64,000 nucleotides of DNA from positions 384,001-448,000 of the forward strand of contig CAWBWQ010000001.1 of assembly GCA_963792535.1 (NCBI GenBank). The letters are read 5' to 3'. The notes under the pieces were generated by a model. That model was not told where the DNA came from. It ran no database searches and saw only the letters and a list, made by a program, of their open reading frames with translations. Origin of the DNA: an uncultured Phycisphaerales bacterium. GTDB taxonomy: Bacteria > Planctomycetota > Phycisphaerae > Tepidisphaerales > Tepidisphaeraceae. The position numbers were made by a program, and so were the translations under genes. This document shows positions 22,613 through 32,875 of the stretch, piece by piece (within the stretch, counting starts at the first letter, position 1; the number at the start of each line of letters is the position of its first letter).

Positions 22613-22670
22613 GATCGTTCCAGCAACAGCGTTAATGAGGCATCGAGCACTTTCCGCGGGGCAGCATCGC

Positions 22671-24917
22671 TTACCTCTGATCAGAATTTGTGAGGCCTGC
22701 CGCGGCGACTGGCGTGGAGCCAGGTAGGGCCGGTGCAGCCGGGGCCGCGTCGATCGCCAGCGCAATCACGATAATGCACTCGGTGTCCTCACGGATATCT
22801 TCCTTCAGCACTGGATCCTGAAAGGCTTCGGGATCAATCGGTTTGTCACCGGGTCCACCACCCAGTCCCGGAACCCCACTAAAGCTACCGCCTGGGAAAC
22901 CGCCCCGAGCTGCAAATCCATCACCCGGAGGGGCGAAAGCGCGATCAGGTCCGCCCGGCGGTGTCAGCGCCCGCAGGCGCCATATCGGCGGGATTGCCGG
23001 TGGCGGCAGAAGCCGATAGTGCCGCGGCGGCCGCAGCGGCTTTTGCAGCCTGCTTCGCGTTGTAATCCGAGATCAACGCCTGCATGCGGATGGGGTCATC
23101 CTTGACCTGCTGCTGATGAACGATCTTTGCCTGAAGCACCTGCAGCGGGCGGTCGGCCGTTGCGGGGATTGCCTTGAGCGCTTCGTTGAAGCTTTCTATC
23201 AGCTGCACGCCCTGCGTGCGGGGTGTTGAGACGTTCATCGTAATGATGAAACCGCGCTGCGGTTTGGGCGGCGGGCCCGCCGATCCATCCGCGCTGACTA
23301 TCGCTGCGACGCCGTAATCCGGATGGTCGCTCATGGCAGCACCGCCACCGCCGGACTCAAATGGGATGGTGCTGACGGCGGTCGTATCGGCATGGCTCGC
23401 GAGGTCGTCAAGCTGAGGGGTAAGGTCCGAGGTATAGCGGGCGACCGATGCCGAGACGATGATCTGATTGCGATCCCCGCGCTTGATCTTTTTGATATCG
23501 TCGAGCTTTGAACTCGACAGTTCCCTGCGAGCATCAGGGGCATTCTGCGGAAGCGTGCTGTACAGCATCGAATTAATCTGCGGCCACAGGTCATGGCCGG
23601 CGGGCAACGACAGAACATTCAGCATACGCTGCTTTTCAGGAGCGCCGGCGGATTCGATTGCGGACCACTCGGTGTCCAGCCTGCCCACCTGCTGCTTGAG
23701 CGATTCGATATTGGAAACCGTCGAAGCATGCTCAGCATCGTGGAACTGGCTGTTGTCGAAGTACCAGCGACCGTAAGGAATGGCCGCGCCCACAAGAAAC
23801 AGGGCCGCAGCGCCGATGAACCACTTAGTCTTCTCCGCCCACATCTTGTCCCGGCGGATCGACTCAGGAAGAAGACTGCTGCCGATTTTCCCCTGGCCCA
23901 TCACCTGCAGCGCAAGCCCGTATGCGCCGGCGGCAGAAAGCAGATTCTCACTGAACGTAGCGGCGATTTTCGGATCTTCCAGCGCCCGCTGCCAAGGCGA
24001 TCGAGCTTCTCAACATCCAGCGTGAGATTCTGCGAAAGATACTTCTGAAGCCCCGGCAACCGGAAGGTGCTGCCTACGGCGATCACCTTGTTAATGCGGC
24101 TTTCTTTGTGAACTGAAGAATAGAAACCGATCGACCGCTGTATTTCCGAAACCAGGTCCGAGAAAATCGGACGCATCGCCTGCATGATCTGACGACCGTA
24201 TTTGCTTGTGCTGGCGTTTCGCTTGAGGTCTTCGGCTTTGACAAAATTAACCTTGAACGCCTTGGTGAGCGCTTCGGTGAAATTGTTCCCGCCGATGGAA
24301 ATCGACCGCAGCCAGATCGATTCGCCTTCGGCGATGATCAGATCGGTATTTTCCGCTCCGACATCGATGATCATCGTCGTGCCCTTGATCCGGCTGTCGT
24401 AGTACATCGCGTTGTACACCGACAGCGGATTCATCTGCACGGCCTGCACATTCAATCGCGCATCAGTGAAAAATTTGATGTGCTGATTGATCAGGTCTTT
24501 TCGCATCGCAAAGATGCCGACCTCTACCTCCGGCGAATCCGGTTCTTCAAACAGCTGATAGCTCCACTCAACCTGATCGAGCGGAAAAGGAATTTGCTGG
24601 ATGGCTTCAAAGCGGACGATCTCGGGGATTTTCTTTTTCTCAACCGGAGGAAGCTTGATAAAGCGGGCAAAACTCTGCTGGCCGGTCACACCGACGCCAA
24701 CCTGCCCTTTATCGATGCCGGGATGTCTTTGAACAAAATTCGCCAGGGCGGATTGGATTAGTGAATCGCGGTTATCGCCCGCCGCCGACAGCACTGATTC
24801 GTGCTCGATCACCTCGAAATCATCAATTTCCAAACCCTCCGCGGTGGCAACCAGCCTGACCGCCTTCAGCGCACGATTGCCGATGTCGATGCCCCAGGCG
24901 AAACGAGGTGCGGCCAT
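22671..24917 (-). CDS. pilM: type IV pilus assembly ATPase PilM with long C-terminal (PilN-like) extension, frameshifted
   Basis: WGIDIG..LKAV, RFIKLPPV, FEAIQQIPF, IDVGA, GGNNFT, EIQRSIGFY. Confidence 0.85.
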
Positions 24918-25150
24918 GAATAGCTCCTTGAAACTGCTGAATGCTCCTGCGCCAACCTAAAGGTGTAACCGGGCGGGCGATGGACTTCAACTAAATCATC
25001 GGATCAGCACGCCTTGCGATACCAACCCGGCAAAAGCTCTCGCGGTTGCCCGCTGAACACCTATTAGATTAGACGCACGCGAGCACGAAAAGTTCGCTAT
25101 ATACGCAACAGGTTAAAGGCAGGCACCGCCACTATGTTTTTTAGCAGAGC

Positions 25151-26100
25151 CTAAGCGTCAAACGGCAGGAGAGACACGAGTTTCATCCCGGATTTCCACG
25201 GGCGACCGTTGCGAAACGCGTCCAGAGACATCGCGCGCTTCCCCTGCGGCTGCATTTCCAGAATCTGTATCGTCTGACCATCACCCACGACCACCGAACC
25301 GTCGGCGGTAAGCGTGCCGGGTTCGGCTGAGGATGCAGCAGGGGAAGGGCCCGCCCGGATAAGCGTGATGACCGCTATCTCGGCGTCGCCGTCCAGCAGT
25401 CGGACGCGACAGCCGGGCCAGGGTGACAGGCCGTTGATCTGGTGGACGATTACATCCGCTGCGCGGGTCCAGTCGATCTGTGCGGTTTGACGCGATAATT
25501 TAGGGGCAGATGTTGCCCGGCTGTGATCCTGTTCAATTTCGACCGCTGTGTTAGATCGAAGCTGCTCGATCAAGTTCAGCATCAGCGGCGCTCCATCCAG
25601 CGCCAACCGGTCGTGCAATTCCCCCGCGGTTTCGGTTGGGCCTATTTCAAGAGTCGATTGCGCGAGGATCGCGCCCGCGTCCATCTTGTCGGCGAGGCGG
25701 ATGATCGAATTTCCCGTGTTCGCATCCCCGTTGAGAATCGCCCAGTTGATGGGCGCTGCGCCGCGATATCGGGGCAGGCGCGACGAGTGAAGATTTACGC
25801 TGCCAAGCGCGGGATCGTTAACCGCATCGTGGCCGATCTTCTGTCCGAACGCGATAACAACCATCAAATCAGCCGGCGGAAGCGTTTCACTATTAATATC
25901 AGCCGTTTTTTTCAGTTCCAGATGCAGTTCGCTCGCCAGGGCGCCCACCGGTGTGGGCGTTAGTTTTTTTCCCCTGCCCGCAGGACGATCTGGCTGGGTA
26001 AAAACCTGCACCACCTGGTGACCCGCAGCGAGCAGTGGCGCAATGTCGGGATGCCGAACTCACCACTGCCGGCGAAAATGATTTTTGCTCGATCTGACAT
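25151..26100 (-). CDS. fmt: methionyl-tRNA formyltransferase (frameshift near 26030)
   Basis: IIFAGSGEFG, TQPDRPAGRG, NLHSSRLPRYRGAAPI, MDAG. Confidence 0.93.
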
Positions 26101-26107
26101 GCCGGTT

Positions 26108-26644
26108 TCATTTCTTCTTCGGGTGAGCCGCGGCATATCGCTCGGAAAGGTCGCGAAGAATTTTTCGATACGTCATCTTCGCAACCGGTCCCATGCGATC
26201 TGTAAGCATGATGCCGTTCAGGTGATCCGTCTCGTGCTGCCAGATGCGGGCGAGATAACCGGTTTCAAACTGCGTGAATGGTTCACCCGTGGCGTCCTGT
26301 GCTTGCATCTTGATCGTCTTACTTCGAAAGACGCTGACATTGATTTTAGGCAGCGAAAGGCATCCCTCCTCGTCCTCTTCATCGCCGTCGGCTTCACTGA
26401 GCATGGGATTGATGTAGACCCGATCGTGTGCGGGGTCGCCGTCGTGGTTCATCACAAACAGCCGGAGGTTATGCCCCACCTGTGGGGCGGCGAGACCCAC
26501 GCCTTTGGCCTCGCGCATCAGCACAAACATTTTTTCCGTCAGCTCTTTGAGATCGTCATCGAACCGCGTGACCGGAGCACTGATTTTTTTCAGCCGCGGG
26601 TCGGGATACAGAACGATTTTGAGCGGTGCGATCATGGGGTTCAT
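26108..26644 (-). CDS. def: peptide deformylase
   Basis: GVGLAAPQVG, EGCLS, QHETDHLNG. Confidence 0.96.
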   Translation of the reverse strand: MNPMIAPLKIVLYPDPRLKKISAPVTRFDDDLKELTEKMFVLMREAKGVGLAAPQVGHNLRLFVMNHDGDPAHDRVYINPMLSEADGDEEDEEGCLSLPKINVSVFRSKTIKMQAQDATGEPFTQFETGYLARIWQHETDHLNGIMLTDRMGPVAKMTYRKILRDLSERYAAAHPKKK

Positions 26645-26861
26645 CAGTCCGTGCGGGCCTGTACAAATGCGTGTTCGTTTTCAACGGGTCAATGTTCAAT
26701 TGCGTGTGCCGCCTGTCGCAAGTGAGCGTTATATAGCGTACAATCAATGGCTTGTGCGAATCAATTGGTTGACACTCCCGCGGGCTTGCGATTAGATAGA
26801 TTGTTGGACGTTTTCGCGTCGCCCGCGTGCTGATTTCACACGTTTTTGAGGAAAATTCACC

Positions 26862-28290
26862 GTGCCAGACTTTCCGCCCGGACAACACGAAGCTTCCGAA
26901 CTCGACCAGAAAAAAGCCAAGGCGTTTTTCGATCGCGGTAATACCGTCGCCGGCACCGGACAGTATGAGTACGCCATTGAGATGTATATCAGCGGTTTGG
27001 GATTCGATCCGGATTTGGCCGAGGCGCATCAAAGCCTGCGGGATATTTCACTGAAGCGAAAAGTTGGGGGCGGCAAGGCCCTGGGTTTCATGGAGGCCAT
27101 GAAACTAAAGCGGCCCAGCAAGGACGACAAACAGAACCTGCTCAACAACGAAAAACTCCTCGCATACGATCCGGGCAACACAGACTACATGATCGGTGTT
27201 CTGCAGAATGCCGCACGTGGTGGTTTTTACAATACTGTCATGTGGATCGGGCCGATCGTTCAAAAAGCAAACGCGGACAGCCCCAAGCCCGAGGTCAACA
27301 AGTTCATCGTGCTCCGCGATGCCTACATGTCATTGCAGCAATGGAAACTCGCGACCGATGCCTGCCACTATGCTGCCATGCTTCGGCCCGACGATATGGA
27401 TCTGCAGAAGTCGCTGCGCAACCTGGGCGCCAAGCACGCCGCCGTGGCCGGCAACTATGAGAAGGCCAAGAACTTCACCGAAAGCGTCAAGGATCGCGCA
27501 GAAGCAGGAAGAGTTGATGAACAAGGACAAGGAAGTCCAGTCCTTGGACAACATGCGGATCCTCATCGCCGCGGCCGAGAAAGAGTTCAAGGCCGACCCC
27601 AACGACGCCGGCAAGATCAGTCAGTTCGCTGAAACCCTCGCCAAGACCGAAGACCCCGATATGGAAGGCCGCGCCATCGATCTGCTTCAGGCGACCTACG
27701 AGCGGACCAAATCTTTCCGCTGGCGCCAGAAAATAGGCGTCGTGAAGATGGCGCAGATGAGCAGAATGGAACGCACCCTGCGAATGGCGGTCAACGCCAA
27801 CCCTGCTGATACCGAGGCCCGCCAGACCTACGCTCAGTTCGTGCAGGAAAAACTGCTCGAAGAATTGAAGGAATTTCAACTCGCGTCGGAAAATTACCCC
27901 ACCGACACCAAGCTCAAATTTGACGTCGCCGCCCGGTTGTATTCCCTCAAGCGGTACGACGAGGCTATCCCATATTTTCAACAGCTTCGCCAGGATCCAA
28001 AATACAAAATCGAAGCCACCACCGCCCTGGGCAAGGCTTTCCTCGAAGCGGGATTCGTCGACGAAGCTGTCGATACCCTGGCGGCTGTTCTCGCGGAATA
28101 CCCCGGTAAAGGCGATGCGAAATCCATCGACATGACCTACGTGTACGGCCGTGCCCTGGAACTCAAGAAGGAAATCCAGGCAGCAGTCAAGGCGTACAGC
28201 CAGGTTGCGCAATGGAGCTTTAACTACAAAGATGTCCAGGTGCGGATCAAAAAACTCCGCGCTGAGCTGCAAAATCCCCCGGTCGCCTGA
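26862..28290 (+). CDS. tetratricopeptide repeat protein (frameshift near 27500)
   Basis: helical TPR pattern; two overlapping frames join. Confidence 0.75.
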
Positions 28291-28299
28291 GGCGGCGCA

Positions 28300-29772
28300 T
28301 CACGCCGGATCGACCCAGGGCCGATCGACAGTATGCTCATCTAAAGCTGCCCGCCAGGTGTTCCACCGCTGTCGAAGATGCTCCAGCCTCGGGGCGTGTG
28401 CCGGTTCTGTCGCGAGATTTCGCTCTTCCCGCGGATCATTCCGCAAATCGAACAGCTGCTCATATACCGGGTTGGTATCAATGTAGCGGATGTATTTCCA
28501 GTCGCTGGTTCTCACGCCCTCCGATGCGGCAATTGGTCCCTCTTTCTGATTGCGGAAATGGTTTTCGTAAAACCATTCGCTTCGCCAGGCAGGAGTCTCA
28601 CCCCGCGCCAGCGGCAAAATACTCGCGCCCTGCATACTCCGGGGCACCGCCACACCCGCCAGTTCGAGCACCGTCGATGGCACGTCAAGGTTCAACGTCA
28701 TGCGATCCTGCGTTGTCCCCCGAACATGCGCCGCTAAACGCGGATCGCATAAAATCATCGGCGTTCGAATCGATTCCTCGTGCATCAGCCATTTTCCACC
28801 AAATCCATGCTCGCCATAAAATGCCCCATGGTCAGCGGTGTAAATAACCACCGTGTTTTCATCAAAACCAAGCGACTTCAATTCCGCGACTATTTTGCCC
28901 ACCGCCAAATCAACCCCGCTCAGCAGGCGATAAAGATCCTTCATCGTCTCCTGGTAAGTTGCAGGACGAAAATCAACCGCTTCGCGCATTCGATTCAAAC
29001 TGCCGGTCAGAAAATCGGGCAATGGGGAAACATCAGCCGTTTTGACCGCGGGAATCACATCGTTTTCGTACAGATGCTCTAACGCGCGGTCATACGGATA
29101 TTTTGGATAAATCCCCGGCTGAAACCGTCCTTCATCCTGAACGTGCGGCGCTTTGAAACTCACCGCCAGGCAAAAAGGGCGCTGGGTCGAACAACCGCGA
29201 AGAAATTCGATCGCCTGCTCTGTTTCGACCACCGTCAGGTGCTTGCCGGTGTCAGGACTGAAGTACGCCCCCTGGCCCTGATAGCCGCGAAAAAAATCGT
29301 AGTCGTTCACCGGAAGATCGCCGCCATCGATTCCCCATTTGCCGACAAAGCCGGTGATATACCCTGCCTTTCGAAGCAGCTTGGGGTAGCTTTGTTCAAA
29401 CAGTGGCTCAGCCAGGGCTTTGCGGAAGTCGTCAATGCCGTGCGTCCGGGTATACGTTCCCGTCAGGACGCTCGCTCGGCTGGACATACAGATAGCGGTG
29501 GTGGCGAAATTGTTTCGAAAACGCACACCGTTCGCAGCCAGTGCATCAATATTCGGTGTTTTGAGCAGTGCATTGCCGCTGCATCCCAGTGAATCGGTGC
29601 GCTGATCATCCGTAACCAGCAAAAGGATATTGGGCGCTCGTTTAAACTGCGATACTGCCGCTGCTGATGTTGCAAACCGACTGGTCCCGACCAACGCCGC
29701 ACCCGCCAGTGACGCCTTAAGCATCGCCCTGCGGGACATCTGCTGATTCGTTCGTGGACTTGGACCGCTCAT
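28300..29772 (-). CDS. Tat-exported sulfatase
   Basis: SRRAMLK twin-Arg signal, PNILLLVTDD, CMSSRA (CxxxR), GKW, ADHG. Confidence 0.92.
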   Translation of the reverse strand: MSGPSPRTNQQMSRRAMLKASLAGAALVGTSRFATSAAAVSQFKRAPNILLLVTDDQRTDSLGCSGNALLKTPNIDALAANGVRFRNNFATTAICMSSRASVLTGTYTRTHGIDDFRKALAEPLFEQSYPKLLRKAGYITGFVGKWGIDGGDLPVNDYDFFRGYQGQGAYFSPDTGKHLTVVETEQAIEFLRGCSTQRPFCLAVSFKAPHVQDEGRFQPGIYPKYPYDRALEHLYENDVIPAVKTADVSPLPDFLTGSLNRMREAVDFRPATYQETMKDLYRLLSGVDLAVGKIVAELKSLGFDENTVVIYTADHGAFYGEHGFGGKWLMHEESIRTPMILCDPRLAAHVRGTTQDRMTLNLDVPSTVLELAGVAVPRSMQGASILPLARGETPAWRSEWFYENHFRNQKEGPIAASEGVRTSDWKYIRYIDTNPVYEQLFDLRNDPREERNLATEPAHAPRLEHLRQRWNTWRAALDEHTVDRPWVDPA

Positions 29773-29967
29773 GCAATAGTTCCAAACAGAAGGGTACGTA
29801 GAACAGCGTAGCGGCTCTCGCGATTATTCGCGACTGGTAATATATCGCGGCGATGTCAACATTTATCATTTATGGTCGTGCCCCCCTTGTCAGAGCAATA
29901 ACCTTCCTGTAATCTGCCCGACTTTCCCAATTTCGGGAACCCGTTTGGAACGTCTGATAGGAAGTGT

Positions 29968-30339
<372 letters not shown>

Positions 30340-30434
30340 GGAAACAGTCAGGACGCACTTTGTAGCCCGCAGGCCTTCCCGCCCCGGATGCTCCATCGTC
30401 AACCCCTGACCCTGAAACACGGACAACAAAACAC

Positions 30435-30911
30435 ATGGCATATAAAAAATTCACCGCAAGCGAAGACATGCTGAAACCGGACCCCCGGTTCAACAGCAAA
30501 CTGGTCAGCAAATTCATCAACTCCCTGATGTGGGACGGCAAGAAGACCGTCGCGCAAAAATTGTTCTACGGAGCAATGGATCAGGTGGGCAAGAAGGTCA
30601 AGGAAGTTCCGCCTCTTGAAGTGTTTGAGAACGCCATCAACAACATCAAGCCGTACGTCGAAGTGCGCAGCCGCCGCGTCGGCGGAGCGAACTACCAGGT
30701 TCCGATGCAGGTGAACAAGCGCCGCCAGCAAAGCCTGGCATTCCGCTGGCTCATCGGTGCCTGCCGCGAAGGCGGCGGTCGTCCCATGGCCGATCGCCTG
30801 GCCGACGAACTGATGGCCGCTTTCCGCAAGGAAGGCAAAGCCATGCAGACCCGCGAAAACACCCACCGCATGGCCGACGCCAACAAGGCCTTCGCCCACT
30901 TCGCGTGGTAA
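30435..30911 (+). CDS. rpsG: 30S ribosomal protein S7
   Basis: EVRSRRVGGANYQVP, HRMADANKAFAHF. Confidence 0.99.
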   Translation: MAYKKFTASEDMLKPDPRFNSKLVSKFINSLMWDGKKTVAQKLFYGAMDQVGKKVKEVPPLEVFENAINNIKPYVEVRSRRVGGANYQVPMQVNKRRQQSLAFRWLIGACREGGGRPMADRLADELMAAFRKEGKAMQTRENTHRMADANKAFAHFAW

Positions 30912-30945
30912 CTTTCCCGTCGACGCAAAGATAAAATCAGCAGCG

Positions 30946-30997
30946 ACAGAACGCGATTTACAGGATGCCCCATCCGTAAATCGCGTTCTGTTTTATT
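30946..30997 (+). terminator. intrinsic terminator after rpsG
   Basis: ACAGAACGCGATTTAC...GTAAATCGCGTTCTGT stem followed by a T-rich run. Confidence 0.75.
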
Positions 30998-31007
30998 GGC
31001 TGAACAT

Positions 31008-31055
31008 AAAATCGGTCAGCCATCTATTTCGTAAATGGGTGGCTGTCCCGCTTTT
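31008..31055. repeat. imperfect palindrome (REP-like), left boundary of integron fragment
   Basis: AAAATCGGTCAGCCATCTATTT-cgt-AAATGGGTGGCTGTCCCGCTTTT; 18-bp identity to 36557-36574. Confidence 0.7.
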
Positions 31056-31173
31056 CGTCCGCCCAGCAAAGAAACTCTGCCACCCACCGCTGATAACACG
31101 GCGCGGTAGTGGCAGCCAACCCACGCTGCCGAGCCATGCGTTGGACCCGTTCGAGCCGTTTTCTAAACCCCAA
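31024..31173 (-). pseudogene. intI: truncated integron integrase N-terminus (SAM-like domain)
   Basis: RLERVQRMARQRGLAATTAPCYQRWVAEFLCW resembles the IntI pattern L..VR...R.R..S..T...Y..WV..F; divergent from cassette array; start codon uncertain. Confidence 0.55.
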
Positions 31174-31305
31174 ACCTCCTTCAGGATTGCGCGATCTCAA
31201 TAATACATCAACTTGACGTAACTACCGGCAGCTGATTTATTTAGAACATATAATCCCTGACTCACACTGCGGTCGTTCCGCATGTGAGTGGGGACAACAA
31301 TAGTT

Positions 31306-31638
31306 ATGCGACTAAGAACCCTCGGCATCCTCGCCACCACAATATGCTTTCTCAGCGGTTGTTTCCCTCTCTACGCTTATGATTATGTTCACGTTCGGAC
31401 GCAAAACGGCGAGCGGGTACCGGGCGCTACGTTGCTCGTACACGTTTCTTACACATACACCGTCAGTGCAAACGAAGTCGGCGAGGTGACTCTTCCTTAC
31501 GAAACGCAATCCGTGACTGTTTCCAAGCCCGGCTTTGACTCGGTAGACGCGGCATTTGATCGCGAGCTTTTAAATAATCTGACCGTCGTGCTAAAGCCAG
31601 CCGCCGTGAACACGCCGGGGCCAACCTCGCGGCCGTAG
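31306..31638 (+). CDS. cassette 1: lipoprotein, possible carboxypeptidase-regulatory-like beta-sandwich
   Basis: LSGC lipobox, GERVPGATL..VSKPGF; ATG lies inside the GTTATGC core. Confidence 0.6.
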   Translation: MRLRTLGILATTICFLSGCFPLYAYDYVHVRTQNGERVPGATLLVHVSYTYTVSANEVGEVTLPYETQSVTVSKPGFDSVDAAFDRELLNNLTVVLKPAAVNTPGPTSRP

Positions 31639-31658
31639 ATCAGAGCAGCCCGGGAGTC

Positions 31659-31768
31659 GCATAACCGGCCGTTGCTGTGGACGGGCCCGCATCGAGAATG
31701 GTATTCTCTTTTATTCTGGCGGTTGTCAGCGCGTCGAGTTGCCCGCCACAGAACGTCATCCGTTATCC
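31659..31768 (+). repeat. attC site 1
   Basis: GCATAAC...GTTATCC; TT(G)CTGTGG(A)CGGGC pairs with GCCCGCCACAGAA leaving two extrahelical bases. Confidence 0.88.
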
Positions 31769-31772
31769 CGCC

Positions 31773-32045
31773 ATGACGTGTTGGAAGTCTGTAAGTTTCT
31801 ACCTCGTATTGATCGCAGCCTCCGCGATAACGTCCATTGTCTTGGGCATTGTCGTCGCTGCGGCTTGCGGCGGCCCTGGCCCTGATGGGGCATTGGAAGG
31901 CGCCGAACTGTGGGTTGTAAACACAGCCACTTGCGTGCTGGCGCTCGTGGTTGGCTTCATCGTAGCCTTTCGGTCTCGGCGCCGAGTTGAAACGCGCGGT
32001 TTTCTTGTAGTCCAAAAGCAGCAGAGCAGACCCGGGGCGGGATAA
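31773..32045 (+). CDS. cassette 2: small two-TM membrane protein
   Basis: ATG 4 nt after attC1; TAA inside GGATAAC. Confidence 0.65.
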   Translation: MTCWKSVSFYLVLIAASAITSIVLGIVVAAACGGPGPDGALEGAELWVVNTATCVLALVVGFIVAFRSRRRVETRGFLVVQKQQSRPGAG

Positions 32046-32149
32046 CGAGCCAATGCTGTGGACGGCCCCGCGTCGCGTCGAAAGTTTGTCTTTGGTATAG
32101 TGTTCCTCGGCGCGTCACGTTGGCCGCCGCAGATTGTCATCCGTTATAC
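32040..32149 (+). repeat. attC site 2
   Basis: GGATAAC...GTTATAC; same family as attC1. Confidence 0.88.
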
Positions 32150-32160
32150 GGCCGCGAACC

Positions 32161-32562
32161 GTGACCGCCCCTAACACAAGCATCGCCAATCACCTCCGCG
32201 AACTCAACTGTAACGCGGCCCATCTGAATTCATTATGCCGCCGACGATGGTTCGCGATACCCTACTACGAATGTATGTCAGGCGGGCTTGTCTGGCCTGA
32301 TGAAACAAATGCTCGGACACCTGTACACACTATTTGGTTCCTTCGAGCACTCTGGGGTTTCCGTACATCAATTATGCTTGGAGAGCCTCGATCCGATCTA
32401 AAAGCGTCTTGGGATTTTGGCTTGTTGGAGTTTCCAAAATGGGTCGGCTTTCATCAGTCCCGTCGCGTAGCGACCCCGCAACTGATAGAAATCTACCGGC
32501 GGGGTGATCTGGGTCTACGCAAGTGTTTGCGGGACGTAGAGCGTAACGGGGCCGACGTATGA
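32161..32562 (+). CDS. cassette 3: hypothetical protein
   Basis: GTG start after attC2; stop inside GTATGAC. Confidence 0.6.
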   Translation: MTAPNTSIANHLRELNCNAAHLNSLCRRRWFAIPYYECMSGGLVWPDETNARTPVHTIWFLRALWGFRTSIMLGEPRSDLKASWDFGLLEFPKWVGFHQSRRVATPQLIEIYRRGDLGLRKCLRDVERNGADV

Positions 32563-32599
32563 CCAGCCAACTATGAATCCCGTTTGCCGTCAAGTCGCG

Positions 32600-32870
32600 A
32601 TCTTTTTCGATACCGTCTCCGGTCATCGCCCGGAGCGACTGATTTACTTCCTTTGAAGCTGTCTTTGCCTTTTCTTCGAATCGTGCGCTTTCAACCGACT
32701 ATTCGATGGTCATCTCATTTTTGTTCTTGATGAGAGCCTCATTCACCCAAACAACCGCCGGGCCTTATTCGTTGCTCCACATGTCAATCGCATGCAGCTG
32801 GTTAGCCAAGGTCACCGGCGTGTCGCACAAACTTCGACTTCATGGGCAAAGCAACAGATTGTTTTGCTGC
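32600..32870 (-). ncRNA. candidate bridge/seek RNA of the IS1111-type element (boundaries approximate)
   Basis: non-coding end 3' of the transposase with segments matching attC target halves and the IS end; hairpins covary with copy at 36340-36520. Confidence 0.7.
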
Positions 32871-32875
32871 TGTCG

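Noticed and set aside
31236..31256. dif/Xer-like site
   Set aside because: Only loose resemblance to a XerD arm and no second arm
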